From a virus (taxonomy: Duplodnaviria; Caudoviricetes): DNA of 64,000 bases. The notes beneath the pieces are model-generated. The model was not told the DNA's origin. It saw only the letters and a program-made list of their open reading frames with translations, and did no database searches. Position 1 is the first letter of the stretch. Each line of letters begins with the position of its first letter. A program made the translations under genes and the position numbers. The stretch is taken from the IMG/VR virus record IMGVR_UViG_2541047043_000003, positions 1 through 64,000 of that record, one strand, 5' to 3'. This document shows positions 50,752 through 60,744 of this stretch, in pieces.

Positions 50752-51729
50752 ATGAATACTGAGATAAATGAAACTGTCGAGAAGTCCCTCTGGGATCAAA
50801 TGAAGTCCTCCTTAAACGAACGAGTTGGAAGCCCATTTTACTTCTCTTTCACGATTTCCTTTTTAATGTGGAATTGGGATATCTTTTATATTCTGTTCTT
50901 TGAAAGTTATAGCTATGAAAAGTTTCGAATTTCACTTACTGATTATGATTTCACAATTTGGAAAGCTACCGGGACCGCATCGATTTATACTCTTATTTAT
51001 ACAATACCCAATTTGATTTCTGATAACGTTTCTTTTCGGTTCAAAATTTTTAATGAGAACAATAAAAATAAATATCAAGAAAAGAATCTATTTCTTGATT
51101 CGGTAACCGGTGACAAAATTAAACATTCATATCAAGATTCAATATCGAAGTTAAATAAAAAAATCGAACATTTGAACTCTGAATTAGATAAAATTCACGA
51201 TTATTATCATAACTATATGACTTCATACTTTTTAAAGGACAACAATTTAACGGATGCAAAATTATCTCTAGAAATGTGTTGGAAAAATCAGTCTTATTCC
51301 TTAAACGATATAGGAAAATCAGTTGGCTTATTTAATATTAGTTCCAATGGAAAAGAATTAATACTAACCAATTCTCCAAATTTCAATACCAGTGGCGGAC
51401 TTCATGAAAAAGGAATTATTCTCGCAGTATATGAGAAAGAAGTCCTAATTGCAAAAAAAGGTACTATACCGTTGGAATTTTTTAAGAATTCAATTTCTAA
51501 TTACGAAGAATTATTAAACCAAGTTCAAAATACGACTTTCGGCATTGAAATTTATTTAAGAAATGATCCAGGAATGATGACTGCACATTTTAATATGTCT
51601 ACAACTCGAAATGAACTCTCTCGAAAATATAATGGCGACTATACTTTAATTGGAACCGCTTTGAAAATCGGTGTAACTTTAAATTTTCAAGATAAATCAA
51701 CTGTACCAATGTTGTTCTTTAAAAACTAA
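50752..51729 (+). CDS. Low-GC accessory membrane protein with coiled coil
   Basis: ER..SPF..SF.ISF..WNW N-terminal TM motif seen in prophage moron proteins. Confidence 0.65.
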   Translation: MNTEINETVEKSLWDQMKSSLNERVGSPFYFSFTISFLMWNWDIFYILFFESYSYEKFRISLTDYDFTIWKATGTASIYTLIYTIPNLISDNVSFRFKIFNENNKNKYQEKNLFLDSVTGDKIKHSYQDSISKLNKKIEHLNSELDKIHDYYHNYMTSYFLKDNNLTDAKLSLEMCWKNQSYSLNDIGKSVGLFNISSNGKELILTNSPNFNTSGGLHEKGIILAVYEKEVLIAKKGTIPLEFFKNSISNYEELLNQVQNTTFGIEIYLRNDPGMMTAHFNMSTTRNELSRKYNGDYTLIGTALKIGVTLNFQDKSTVPMLFFKN

Positions 51730-51852
51730 TGTCTTTACTTGAATCGATTCAACAATTTCAAAATACCGAAATCCAAAACTTAAATCAATGGATTTTAAAA
51801 GAAGATTTCTATTTACCAAGTTTTTGGGTTTATTTGACTTCGCGTGTCTTTA

Positions 51853-52938
51853 CTACTCGGACGTATAAAAATGGAACCCAGAATAAATGAGAATTAAATA
51901 ATGTCTTAATGGATATAGATGCAAGGAAAATAGGAAGAAAAGGACAAGAGAAACTTCGACGTCTTGGAGTCCAACGAGTATTGGAAGGAGAATCGCCAAA
52001 AGCAGTATCGGAAAGTTTAAAGTTAGGAAGAAAAACAATCTTTGTATGGTTGAAAAAATACAAGGAAGATGGAGAAAAAGGCCTGATTCCCGGTAAGGCG
52101 AAAGGTAAAGCCCCTTTACTGAACGCCAAACAGAAACAAAGATTAAGTAGAATGATTGTCGGTAAAGATCCTCGACAATGGTCATTGAGCTCGGGTTTGT
52201 GGACTCGAAAATTGGTATCAGAACTGATTATGAAAGAGTTTGGAATTAAAATCGGTTTAACGGCGGTAGGTAATCTATTACATAGTTTGAATATAACCCC
52301 GCAAAAGCCGTTAAAAGTAGCCTACCAAAGAGATCCTCAAGCAGTCAAAGAATGGATGGAAGTAACGTATCCTTTGATCCGCAAAAATGCGAAGAAAACC
52401 GGGGCAGAGATCTATTTTACAGATGAAACGGGAATTCGCTCAGATTCTACGGTTGGAAGGACTTGGGGTCGAAAAGGAGATAAGGTCATTTTAAAAGATA
52501 CTGGAGTTCGTAGTAAAGTAAATGCGATCTCGGCTGTGAATATTTCCGGTGCATTTTGGTATCAAACTTACACTGGAAAGTTTACGGGATCTAAGTTCGT
52601 AGAACTGTTAAAAGACTTCATGAAGTATAGAAAAAAGAAAGTCTTTCTCATTTTGGATGGCCACCCCACTCACAAGGCAAAAGAAGTGAAAGAATACTTA
52701 AAACTTCTCAATGGTAAATTAGAATTTTATTTTCTTCCTGGATATTCTCCTGACTTAAATCCAGATGAGTTTGTCTGGAATCATTTAAAGACAAATCTTC
52801 TACCTAAACGATTCTTGGGTTCCAATGATACTATTTTATATGTTGTTCAAGCATGTCTTCAATCTATTAAAGCTAATGCTAAACTCGTGCGTTCATTCTT
52901 TTTGTTTAAATCGGTATCCTATTTATACGACTGAGTAG
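51853..52938 (+). mobile_element. IS630-family insertion sequence
   Basis: Imperfect terminal IRs CTACTCGGACGTATAAA / TTTATACGACTGAGTAG; TA target duplication at 51851-52 and 52939-40. Confidence 0.9.
51909..52934 (+). CDS. IS630 transposase
   Basis: HTH, LWT, FTDE, ILDG..TH, FLPGYSPDLNPDE.VW DDE motifs. Confidence 0.95.
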   Translation: MDIDARKIGRKGQEKLRRLGVQRVLEGESPKAVSESLKLGRKTIFVWLKKYKEDGEKGLIPGKAKGKAPLLNAKQKQRLSRMIVGKDPRQWSLSSGLWTRKLVSELIMKEFGIKIGLTAVGNLLHSLNITPQKPLKVAYQRDPQAVKEWMEVTYPLIRKNAKKTGAEIYFTDETGIRSDSTVGRTWGRKGDKVILKDTGVRSKVNAISAVNISGAFWYQTYTGKFTGSKFVELLKDFMKYRKKKVFLILDGHPTHKAKEVKEYLKLLNGKLEFYFLPGYSPDLNPDEFVWNHLKTNLLPKRFLGSNDTILYVVQACLQSIKANAKLVRSFFLFKSVSYLYD

Positions 52939-53468
52939 TAAGTGGGTTAACTACACCTTGTTATAGCCCAATTTTGGGATCTTTTTTATTGACTCTTATT
53001 TAGTATTACTAATATTTGAATATATTATATTCTAATTAATATGATCTAAAACGCACTTACCGTAATCCCTGGGTTGAGAAAGAAGACTCTGGCGCCATTA
53101 GCCAAATCAGATTTAACGAATGGGATAAGGAAGATTCAAAAACGGATCAGGAGGTCAAGGAATCATGAAAAGCATTTCAGAGAATAAGAAATTAAAAATT
53201 AGCGCAAAGGTTCTAAAACTTATCAATACTTATAAGAGAATTTTTAATGAGAACGTATAGTATTTTTTAGGAACAAAAAAATACTATTCTAATCCAGAAA
53301 AGAGACAGGAAATCCTTGAAAAGGAACAGATGAAAGATGAATCAAATAGTTAATATATTTGTGACAGACGCAAAACATGAAAAATAAATAGAAAATCTTA
53401 ATGAAGCAAGAGCAGTGAATACCGGCTCAACTCATAATTCATTAACTATTAATAACAAAGGATAACAT

Positions 53469-53789
53469 ATGAAACCACTTATATTCGATTACATGCGAGA
53501 GCAAACAAATGTGGAGTTTCCAGAATTAACTTACGACCGGAAGTCAGGATTAAATTTCATTAATGGAACTAAATTTGTAGATTTGTGCAATTCCAAAACT
53601 GTGTTGCAAACGAAAACATTTACGCAAAGAGAGTCTGATGATGAGGAGAAGCCTTATACTTCCAGTATTTCAAAGATGTTCTTGGTGACAAAAACAGATA
53701 CAATAAGGGAAGTAGATGATGATATGAATTTTAATAATTTAACATATTTATTGACCAAAACCGAAGAAAACAAGGAACAGGATGAATAA
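53469..53789 (+). CDS. Graspetide (omega-ester/amide RiPP) precursor with three cores
   Basis: Leader KPLIFDY...YD..SGLN; cores TKTFTQRESDD, TKTDTIREVDD, TKTEENKEQDE; overlaps the ATP-grasp gene. Confidence 0.85.
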   Translation: MKPLIFDYMREQTNVEFPELTYDRKSGLNFINGTKFVDLCNSKTVLQTKTFTQRESDDEEKPYTSSISKMFLVTKTDTIREVDDDMNFNNLTYLLTKTEENKEQDE

Positions 53790-54750
53790 GGTTCTCATTA
53801 TAACAAATAAAGAGGACGTTACGGTAGACTTTGTTATCAATAAACTAATTCATCTTAATGCCAATTATTTAAGGTTAAATACTGAGGAACTCGGTTCTGA
53901 AATTTTTATAAAAATAGATCCAATAAAAGGGGAAGTTCTTATCAAGGAAAACTCCAAGAAAGAAGCCTTAGATTTATCCACATTTGATACTGTATATTAT
54001 AGAAGGCCCAAGCTCCCTACAGGGCCGAACTCACTCACAAATGGTGAATTACATTTTTTCTCTCAGGAATTAAATGTTATATTGGAATATATTAATGTAT
54101 TTTTAGATAACAAATTATGGCTGAACAAAATTTCAAACATACGTAAAGCCGAGAATAAAATTAATCAGTTGTCAGTAGCAAAAAATATTGGCTTTACTAT
54201 CCCTATCTCCCTAATAACAAACTTGCCGAAAGAAGCTAACGCATTCATTAATTATACTGAAAGATCGATTTTAAAACCACTTAAAGTGGGCCTCATAGAA
54301 GAAGAACAATTATCCTCAAAGATTGTTTATACCAATGAAGTAAATCAGTATTTTCGAGATAATATTGATCGTGTCGGGTTGTTGCCTGTTTATCTTCAGG
54401 AAAAAATTGAAAAACAATTCGATATTAGAGTAACAATTGTTGGAAATAAGATTTTCGCAGCGCAAATAGATTCGCAGTCCGACGAAACATCAAAAACAGA
54501 CTGGCGAGCATCAAGAAACATCCTCCCACATCAACGAATACAACTCCCAGCAAAAATCGAAAGATATTGTTTAGAATTAATGAAACATTTTGAATTAAAT
54601 TTTGCTGCAATTGATTTAGTCTTAGACAAAAATGATAATTACATATTCCTAGAAATAAATCCAAATGGTCAATGGGCTTGGATTGAAAAAATATTGGAAT
54701 ATCCGATAAGCGATTCAATAGCAAGGTTTCTCATCAGCGGCATTGTATGA
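53782..54750 (+). CDS. MvdC/MvdD-family ATP-grasp peptide macrocyclase
   Basis: VYYRRP, AENKINQL..A...GF.IP, LKPL, QEKIEK..DIRVT.VG, DWR, FAAIDL, FLEINPNGQW.W. Confidence 0.92.
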   Translation: MNKVLIITNKEDVTVDFVINKLIHLNANYLRLNTEELGSEIFIKIDPIKGEVLIKENSKKEALDLSTFDTVYYRRPKLPTGPNSLTNGELHFFSQELNVILEYINVFLDNKLWLNKISNIRKAENKINQLSVAKNIGFTIPISLITNLPKEANAFINYTERSILKPLKVGLIEEEQLSSKIVYTNEVNQYFRDNIDRVGLLPVYLQEKIEKQFDIRVTIVGNKIFAAQIDSQSDETSKTDWRASRNILPHQRIQLPAKIERYCLELMKHFELNFAAIDLVLDKNDNYIFLEINPNGQWAWIEKILEYPISDSIARFLISGIV

Positions 54751-55370
54751 AAAAATTCTTATCGAAGATAATTAATATTTTCTGGCCTTTTTTAGAAGGA
54801 GAGGTTAGCAATTACAATAATTTTCTTAAAATAGAAAACATGAAATCCAAGCTTATTGATGAAAAAGATATTGATAGATGTATAAAAATGTATGAGTTCC
54901 AAAGAGATCGAATAAAAACAATTGAATCTAAATCTATAGTATTTATTGGGTTTTTTGGAAGTATCGTGGCCCTATTAGGAATTACATTAAAAGAGATCAT
55001 ACTTAATAAAGATAAAGACTTACTTGAATATGGTCTGATGCTATTAGTTAGTATATTTATAATTTATACTTCTACAGTGATTCGCTATGCAATTAAAGCT
55101 TTAGAGAGAAAAGCATATTATAGTATTGACGAAAAAGATATTTTTGAAAGTAGAAATATTGATAAGGCTATAGCAATAATCAATAAAATTAAGCGCAACT
55201 ATGATGCCATAAATACAAAAGTAGATTCAATGACTTTAGCTCAAGAATTTGCAAAAAGAATATTATATTTATTAATATTCTTGGCTTTGATGAGCGGTAC
55301 ATATAGTATAATGAACTTATTAGAACCTCTAAACTTATTTTATATTTGTTTCGCTCACTATTTAAGCTAG
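54747..55370 (+). CDS. 3-TM membrane protein coupled to the ATP-grasp gene
   Basis: ATGA overlap; RIKTIESKS + TM-TM, soluble loop, NTK..M + TM. Confidence 0.75.
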   Translation: MKKFLSKIINIFWPFLEGEVSNYNNFLKIENMKSKLIDEKDIDRCIKMYEFQRDRIKTIESKSIVFIGFFGSIVALLGITLKEIILNKDKDLLEYGLMLLVSIFIIYTSTVIRYAIKALERKAYYSIDEKDIFESRNIDKAIAIINKIKRNYDAINTKVDSMTLAQEFAKRILYLLIFLALMSGTYSIMNLLEPLNLFYICFAHYLS

Positions 55371-55466
55371 TTTAAGTATGTTTAAATAATTCGACGTTAA
55401 ACGACTAAATTAAAATTTATCTGAGCCAATTCATTGAGGATCAGACTTTTTCTTACAAATATAGAT

Positions 55467-55838
55467 TCACTCTGCATATAGAAAAACCTCTACCGGCTTC
55501 TTAAACAATTTAGAAAGCTGTTTTGCTAAATCTTTTGAAATTGGCCTTTTTCCTAATTCCATAGCAGAAAGATTTTGTCTCGGGATACCGCCCAATTTAT
55601 CTCCAAGTTCCGAAAGGCTCAATCCTGCTTTTTTTCTATAATATTTCAATTTTGATCCAGGCTGAAGAAACTCCTCATTCTCTTTGAAAAATTCAGTATC
55701 CTTCCAAGGAATCGATTCCTCAGACTTATCAATATGAAGTTTTTTACCAAATTCCTTTTTAAGAGCTTTCAGAAAGGTAGAAGAAATTTCACCTTTAATC
55801 GTAACTTCAGTACGGGGCGTTTTCACGACTGCCTGCAT
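55467..55838 (-). CDS. XRE-family antitoxin (HigA-like)
   Basis: LKYYRKKAGLSLSELG..LG.IPRQNLSAMELGKRPIS. Confidence 0.85.
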   Translation of the reverse strand: MQAVVKTPRTEVTIKGEISSTFLKALKKEFGKKLHIDKSEESIPWKDTEFFKENEEFLQPGSKLKYYRKKAGLSLSELGDKLGGIPRQNLSAMELGKRPISKDLAKQLSKLFKKPVEVFLYAE

Positions 55839-56073
55839 AATATACCTCGATTAATAATGAATTCTTTTCATTTCTCCAGCATGCGACCCAGCTATAAGAT
55901 AGATGACAATGATATTCATTTTTACTTAATTTACTATAATTAGGCCACTCGGCTTGAACCGGACCTTCTTTCTCTAATTCTTCCAATAATAAAACTAAAT
56001 CTTGTCTTGCACTCTTTGGCATTTGGCGAGCTTTCTTTGCCGCTGATTTTGTTAGCTCCACATGGAAGGCCAC
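55807..56073 (-). CDS. RelE/HigB-like toxin
   Basis: V.LTKSA.K...MP, L...L...GP, YHCHL...WVACW, IEV.YAGSRE.APY; upstream of the antitoxin. Confidence 0.8.
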   Translation of the reverse strand: MAFHVELTKSAAKKARQMPKSARQDLVLLLEELEKEGPVQAEWPNYSKLSKNEYHCHLSYSWVACWRNEKNSLLIEVYYAGSRENAPY

Positions 56074-56080
56074 TATTCAA

Positions 56081-56102
56081 CTGTAATCAAATATGATTAC
56101 AG
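56081..56102. promoter_or_regulatory. TA operator palindrome CTGTAATCA-aata-TGATTACAG
   Basis: Perfect 9-bp arms between - strand TTGACT (56108-56103) and the toxin start. Confidence 0.7.
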
Positions 56103-56299
56103 AGTCAAACTTTTTACTGCAATACTTCGACCGGATACGAAATGAAATTTAACAACTTGTAAAATAGAACGATAGGGATAGATTGACTCGTTTGTTTTTG
56201 ATTTAAAAATTTAATCAAATGTTTACTTAACTTCCGATAATGGTAAATATGTCCCATAAATGAACATTTGTTCATTTTTTATAAAAATTAGGAAATAAT

Positions 56300-57520
56300 T
56301 TACTTCTTATTTTGTTTTTCTCCTCTTTCCTTTAAAAGTTTATTGATTTTAAATATCTCTTCTTTTTTTCCAACCGATATTAACTTTTCGTGAATCTGGC
56401 TGGTATGTCTTTCGTTGGATCTGATTTGTTCATTCATTTTGTCCCACTCATGATTCAGTTTTATTAATGTTCTTTTCAATCGATTTACTTCAGTTTCTTT
56501 TTGGGATTTGGTCATTTGAGTGTATCGTTTTCGAAATTCCCTTACTATTTCTTTTAAGGGTTTGTGTGTTGTTTCTTCCTGTTCCTGTTTTTTTTCAGGT
56601 TTCGGTTCTTGAGGTTGAAGCTCTTTTCGTAGTTCGGCTACATACCGAGTCGCGGTCCCTAAAGGTATTTTCTCCTTTTCTGAAACCTTTTTAGCTAGGT
56701 CTTTGTGTTCTTCTTTCGAGCTCTGAGGAGTTATATTCGGTTTCTCTTCTTTTGGAATACTTTGTTTTTTATCTTCATTTTGTTTGTTTTGGAATAATAC
56801 GTTTTCCGGCTTTAAATCTTTTTTTAATTTCTCCGATTTTTCAAGGATCAAACCTTCAGAGTGAAGGTTTGATTTTTCTTTTTTTGTATTTTTAAACGAC
56901 TTTCTGTCTCCACCCCGATTTTCTTTTTCCAATTCCGTTTTGTAAAGCCTACGGATTCTTTGTTTTATTCGTGCTTTTCTTTGTTCTGGTGTCAAGTGTC
57001 TTCGAAACAAATTGTCGGATTCCATTATATCGTATTCTTCTTCGTCGGTAAGGGGTTTTAAATAATATCGTGCTGGGATTTTTGCGAACTTTTTTCTTAC
57101 CTCCTTGTCTTCGTGAGTTTGTAACTCTAATGCGATGTTATATCGATTTTCACCCGTTACAATGATTCCGCCTTTTTTTACGGTAAGTGGGTCTAAAAAC
57201 CCGTTTGCAATGATATTCTGTTTTAGGTTATTATATTCTTCTTTTGTTAAGGGGTCAAAATCGTTTTTCGGATTCGGTTTTAATCGTTTGGGACTTACAA
57301 ATTTTACGATCGGATCTAAAGAATCTATTTTTAAAGGTAGTGTAAGAGATATTTTCTTTTTAATCTTTTTCTTAGCTGAAAACCCTTTGTTTGATTTTTT
57401 CTTTTTTAATTTATTCTTAGTAGAAGTGGTTTTCTTTTTTGATATAGGGGCTTTTGAAACCTTCTTTTTTATTTTCTTCTTCATTTTAAGTTTATCAGAA
57501 CGTTTCATTGATGTGTTCAT
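56300..57520 (-). CDS. Lys-rich ParB N-terminal domain protein
   Basis: LKPNPKN.F..L...EY..LK..I...GFLDPL.V, IVTGENRY, DN..RRHLT.EQR. Confidence 0.8.
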   Translation of the reverse strand: MNTSMKRSDKLKMKKKIKKKVSKAPISKKKTTSTKNKLKKKKSNKGFSAKKKIKKKISLTLPLKIDSLDPIVKFVSPKRLKPNPKNDFDPLTKEEYNNLKQNIIANGFLDPLTVKKGGIIVTGENRYNIALELQTHEDKEVRKKFAKIPARYYLKPLTDEEEYDIMESDNLFRRHLTPEQRKARIKQRIRRLYKTELEKENRGGDRKSFKNTKKEKSNLHSEGLILEKSEKLKKDLKPENVLFQNKQNEDKKQSIPKEEKPNITPQSSKEEHKDLAKKVSEKEKIPLGTATRYVAELRKELQPQEPKPEKKQEQEETTHKPLKEIVREFRKRYTQMTKSQKETEVNRLKRTLIKLNHEWDKMNEQIRSNERHTSQIHEKLISVGKKEEIFKINKLLKERGEKQNKK

Positions 57521-57821
57521 CTAAAAGCAATGCGTTTAACGGCGGCTCTTCTACTTCATCTCCTGTTTTACTTCTTACCCAACTTATTAAATTTGCGATT
57601 ACGTTGAAATCTCTTTGTTTTAGTTCGTTACTTGGTCCGTATCCCCAAGCAAGGCTATATTCTAGTAGTTCTAAGAAAGTTTGTTTAGAAAGTCCTATTT
57701 TTATATTTTATAGATTTTCAATCAGATCAATCGGCGCATCGTCATTTTCCAGGATATTAGGTTGTATTGTCCGTAGATATAGAATCGTTTACGGGATTTT
57801 AGTGCGTATATTGTCGCTCAC
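57495..57821 (-). pseudogene. Degraded hypothetical gene with two in-frame TAA stops
   Basis: GTG MSDNIRTKIP*TILYLRT...IENL*NIKIGLSK...INETF* reads in one frame. Confidence 0.45.
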
Positions 57822-57922
57822 TTTTGTTCAAAACCTTGGCTTAATGTTTTTATTTAAGTTGATTGGTAGTACAAGTCAAATTTTTCACCCGAAGGCAAAA
57901 CCACTTGTTTCCCTTTTTGAAG

Positions 57923-58279
57923 TTATGTTAATTTATTTTCTACTACCGAAGCCGGTGGCAAACTCGCAATTTTTTCCAATAACTCAATCACTTCGGATTC
58001 TTCATAATAGCGAATCACGCAATCCTCATCCGGATCTACAAAGATACCTTTTGCAAATTCTCCCGTTTGGGTTATCCACAATCCTATTTCGTAATAGTCG
58101 AAATTAGGATTGTTTCCTAATTCCTTTTTTGTGTCTTCAGAATATTTTATTAAAGACGCTGTATATCCGTTTATAAATGCCAAGTGAATTCTAATAATCA
58201 ATTCATCCGAAATATCTTTTATATTCAAAATCTGATCTTTCAGATCTTGCTTGAGATTTTGCAAAAGTAACTCAGTCAT
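57923..58279 (-). CDS. Hypothetical protein
   Basis: 118-aa ORF with upstream AAGAGA. Confidence 0.6.
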   Translation of the reverse strand: MTELLLQNLKQDLKDQILNIKDISDELIIRIHLAFINGYTASLIKYSEDTKKELGNNPNFDYYEIGLWITQTGEFAKGIFVDPDEDCVIRYYEESEVIELLEKIASLPPASVVENKLT

Positions 58280-58401
58280 ATCTCTTAATTTTACTTTTTA
58301 TATTTTTTAAGATCAAGTAAATTTTCTTACATTAAATATTTAGAATTGAATATCATTTTTCGACGTTATAACGATTTGTGATAATGGTATCACGGATTAT
58401 T

Positions 58402-59211
58402 TTATTGATTAAAATCATTTCTTACTTGGTGATATTTTTTAAAAAAGGATTTTTTAGGATGAACTTGAATAATATTTTTACTTGGAATATCTGATTTAAC
58501 AAATCCCTCTAAATCACTAGTATGAAACTTTTTATTTATGGAGTGTGCATAATTGCTTACAAGAGTTTTCCCAAATCCATATTCTTGAAATATCGTTAAT
58601 TCTGAAACTTCAATTAATGCCTCAATAACCACAGGCTTTCCAATACTTTTACACAGTTTTGTAATTTTACGATCTTCTTTAAACCAAAAATAAACCGCTT
58701 CCCCGCCATAATATTTTAAGAAATCTTCGGAGTCTTCTCCTACAAAGTTGCGATTTAAACAAAACCATAAGGTTCCTTCTCTTCCTTCAGAATTGTTTTC
58801 GCGAAAATAATCTAACTTTTCTTTAAAGTAAACAATGTCTTCTTTAGAAATTCTGAGTTCATCTTTTAAATATTGAATAAACTCAGAATGATGTTGACGC
58901 ATGTTCAGAATTCTTAGACCAGTTTTATGGTAAGGCTTAGTATGAATCTCTTTTGTACAATGGAACCCGACTATTCCATTATTGTTACAATATTTTTCTA
59001 CATCCTCGAAAATATCGACTATACAACGATCTCGTTTAATGTTTTCGATCCATAAATTATTCATTAATAGATCAATAACTTTCCTTTGATTCAGTTGATC
59101 TATTATGTTTTTTGGATACGTTTTTGAATCATCGAGTATTATCATATATAAATTAAAAAAGTTTTTCGCATCGATGTCTACCATATTAGGCTTTTGACTT
59201 TGAATCCGCAA
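58402..59211 (-). CDS. Hypothetical protein with possible ADP-ribosyltransferase-like fold
   Basis: GFHCT....GL, LWFCL, YYGGE, EG....IP..NI pattern. Confidence 0.5.
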   Translation of the reverse strand: MRIQSQKPNMVDIDAKNFFNLYMIILDDSKTYPKNIIDQLNQRKVIDLLMNNLWIENIKRDRCIVDIFEDVEKYCNNNGIVGFHCTKEIHTKPYHKTGLRILNMRQHHSEFIQYLKDELRISKEDIVYFKEKLDYFRENNSEGREGTLWFCLNRNFVGEDSEDFLKYYGGEAVYFWFKEDRKITKLCKSIGKPVVIEALIEVSELTIFQEYGFGKTLVSNYAHSINKKFHTSDLEGFVKSDIPSKNIIQVHPKKSFFKKYHQVRNDFNQ

Positions 59212-59337
59212 TCATTTACTGAACTGCTTCTTATGCGAACGTACCAAAGGATGGAGGAGACCGAGCGGAAACCCCGTGGTGTTCAGATACGCTGCGAAGC
59301 TCCCTTAGTTATATCACTGAAAATACAACGGAAGAAA

Positions 59338-59946
59338 CTAAATTAAATAACTATTATCAAACTTATCTTTCAGTCGTTGCAATATGACCGGTTGATTACT
59401 CAATAAATTAGCAGTAAATATTTTAAGTGGAATCTCGTAATCAGGAAATAAAATTTTATCCGCTAAATACACTGGATAAGGAATCAAATGACCAAGTATT
59501 CTTCCTTCAATTTGATAGTTGTTTTCTGTGTCTAAAACTACAACGACCACAGGCGCGTTAAAATTTTTAATAGAAATCGACTTCCTTGCTAACTCATTCG
59601 CTCTAAGAGGCAGAGGTTTATCGTTTTCTATTTTTTGAAATAAAAAATTCCCATCATCAGTAAGCTTATATGACAAATAATGGAGGCCGCACCATTCCGA
59701 AACCAATTGATAACTCTTCGTGTTAGTTTCCGCTTTAAACAAAGTGTTTCGCAAAACTGAATAGTCTTCCTCCGATATTCCATATAACCTAATCTTTTCA
59801 ACGATTCCGTCGGCAATATGCTCGTTCCCATTACCAGATTTTCTTTTTGCATACCAAATGTATCTGCAATTATTGCAGAAAAATTGTCTTCTACCTTCAA
59901 CTAAGTTCTCATTTATCGACCCTAATTCGCAGTTCGGACAAGTCAT
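59338..59946 (-). CDS. Zn-ribbon protein (likely start ATG 59946, MTCPNC)
   Basis: CPNC...CNNC; AAGGAG RBS. Confidence 0.65.
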   Translation of the reverse strand: MTCPNCELGSINENLVEGRRQFFCNNCRYIWYAKRKSGNGNEHIADGIVEKIRLYGISEEDYSVLRNTLFKAETNTKSYQLVSEWCGLHYLSYKLTDDGNFLFQKIENDKPLPLRANELARKSISIKNFNAPVVVVVLDTENNYQIEGRILGHLIPYPVYLADKILFPDYEIPLKIFTANLLSNQPVILQRLKDKFDNSYLI

Positions 59947-60082
59947 TTTGACTCCTTTAATGTATGATATATTTAAAGATGATCTCACTAATGACGCCTA
60001 ACGAAGTAGGTTTGCCGACGTCGCCAACCCGAAGGGGGACCGACACGACATCTTTCTATAAATTCACCTTATTACTATTTTA

Positions 60083-60244
60083 TCAAGTGAAACCGTTGTT
60101 AGCCGCCGCTTCTATATATTCCAACCAACGAGTCGCCTCGCAAACTTTTGCATTATACCTTTCTAACTCTTCTTGTTTGATTGCCGTTTCTGATTTCGGT
60201 TTTGTTAATAATTTTTCCAATTTTGGAAGAACATCCAAATTCAC
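60083..60244 (-). CDS. 53-aa hypothetical protein, not in the ORF track
   Basis: GTGA coupling to the upstream gene; MNLDVLPKLEKLL...AAANNGFT. Confidence 0.5.
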   Translation of the reverse strand: MNLDVLPKLEKLLTKPKSETAIKQEELERYNAKVCEATRWLEYIEAAANNGFT

Positions 60245-60699
60245 TTCCCAACATTTCTTATCCGATTCCCAAATCGCATTATAATTTTTTTCAGTCGGGT
60301 GGATAATTGCGGATCGTAGGAAAATTTTAATTCGGCGGTTTTTCCTACGATTTTTGTAGTTATCGGCCCTATAGTAATTCCGTCATATTGTTTTGTTAGA
60401 TTTTCTATTTTGTTTTTAAGTCGATTTTTATCTGCGTCATTTTGTTTTTTAACGGTTTTGGAAAGTTCCGGATTATATTGATTTAAAATTTCATGATATA
60501 ACGCTTCGTATTCTTCGTTCTCATTGCGTAATCCAGTGATATATTGGTTATATAATCTTGAATAGAGGCTATTCGATTTATTGTTTTCCAACTCAGGATA
60601 TACTTCGAATATCTTAGAATTAATCCTTTCCTTTGCAATTTTATCAAAATCAGCATTTTCGTTATACAAAACGGCAAATCGACTTAATTTCGGTTTCAT
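60241..60699 (-). CDS. Hypothetical protein
   Basis: GGAG RBS, 152 aa. Confidence 0.65.
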   Translation of the reverse strand: MKPKLSRFAVLYNENADFDKIAKERINSKIFEVYPELENNKSNSLYSRLYNQYITGLRNENEEYEALYHEILNQYNPELSKTVKKQNDADKNRLKNKIENLTKQYDGITIGPITTKIVGKTAELKFSYDPQLSTRLKKIIMRFGNRIRNVGK

Positions 60700-60744
60700 T
60701 TCTTACTCCGGATATTGCTATTTTAGACGGTAGTATTTAAACAT

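Noticed and set aside
52941-53468. Additional gene (protease or regulator) upstream of the graspetide precursor
   Set aside because: Only short broken frames; nothing recognisable.
57508-58107. 199-aa + strand ORF
   Set aside because: Antisense to - strand genes and a pseudogene; composition is not protein-like.
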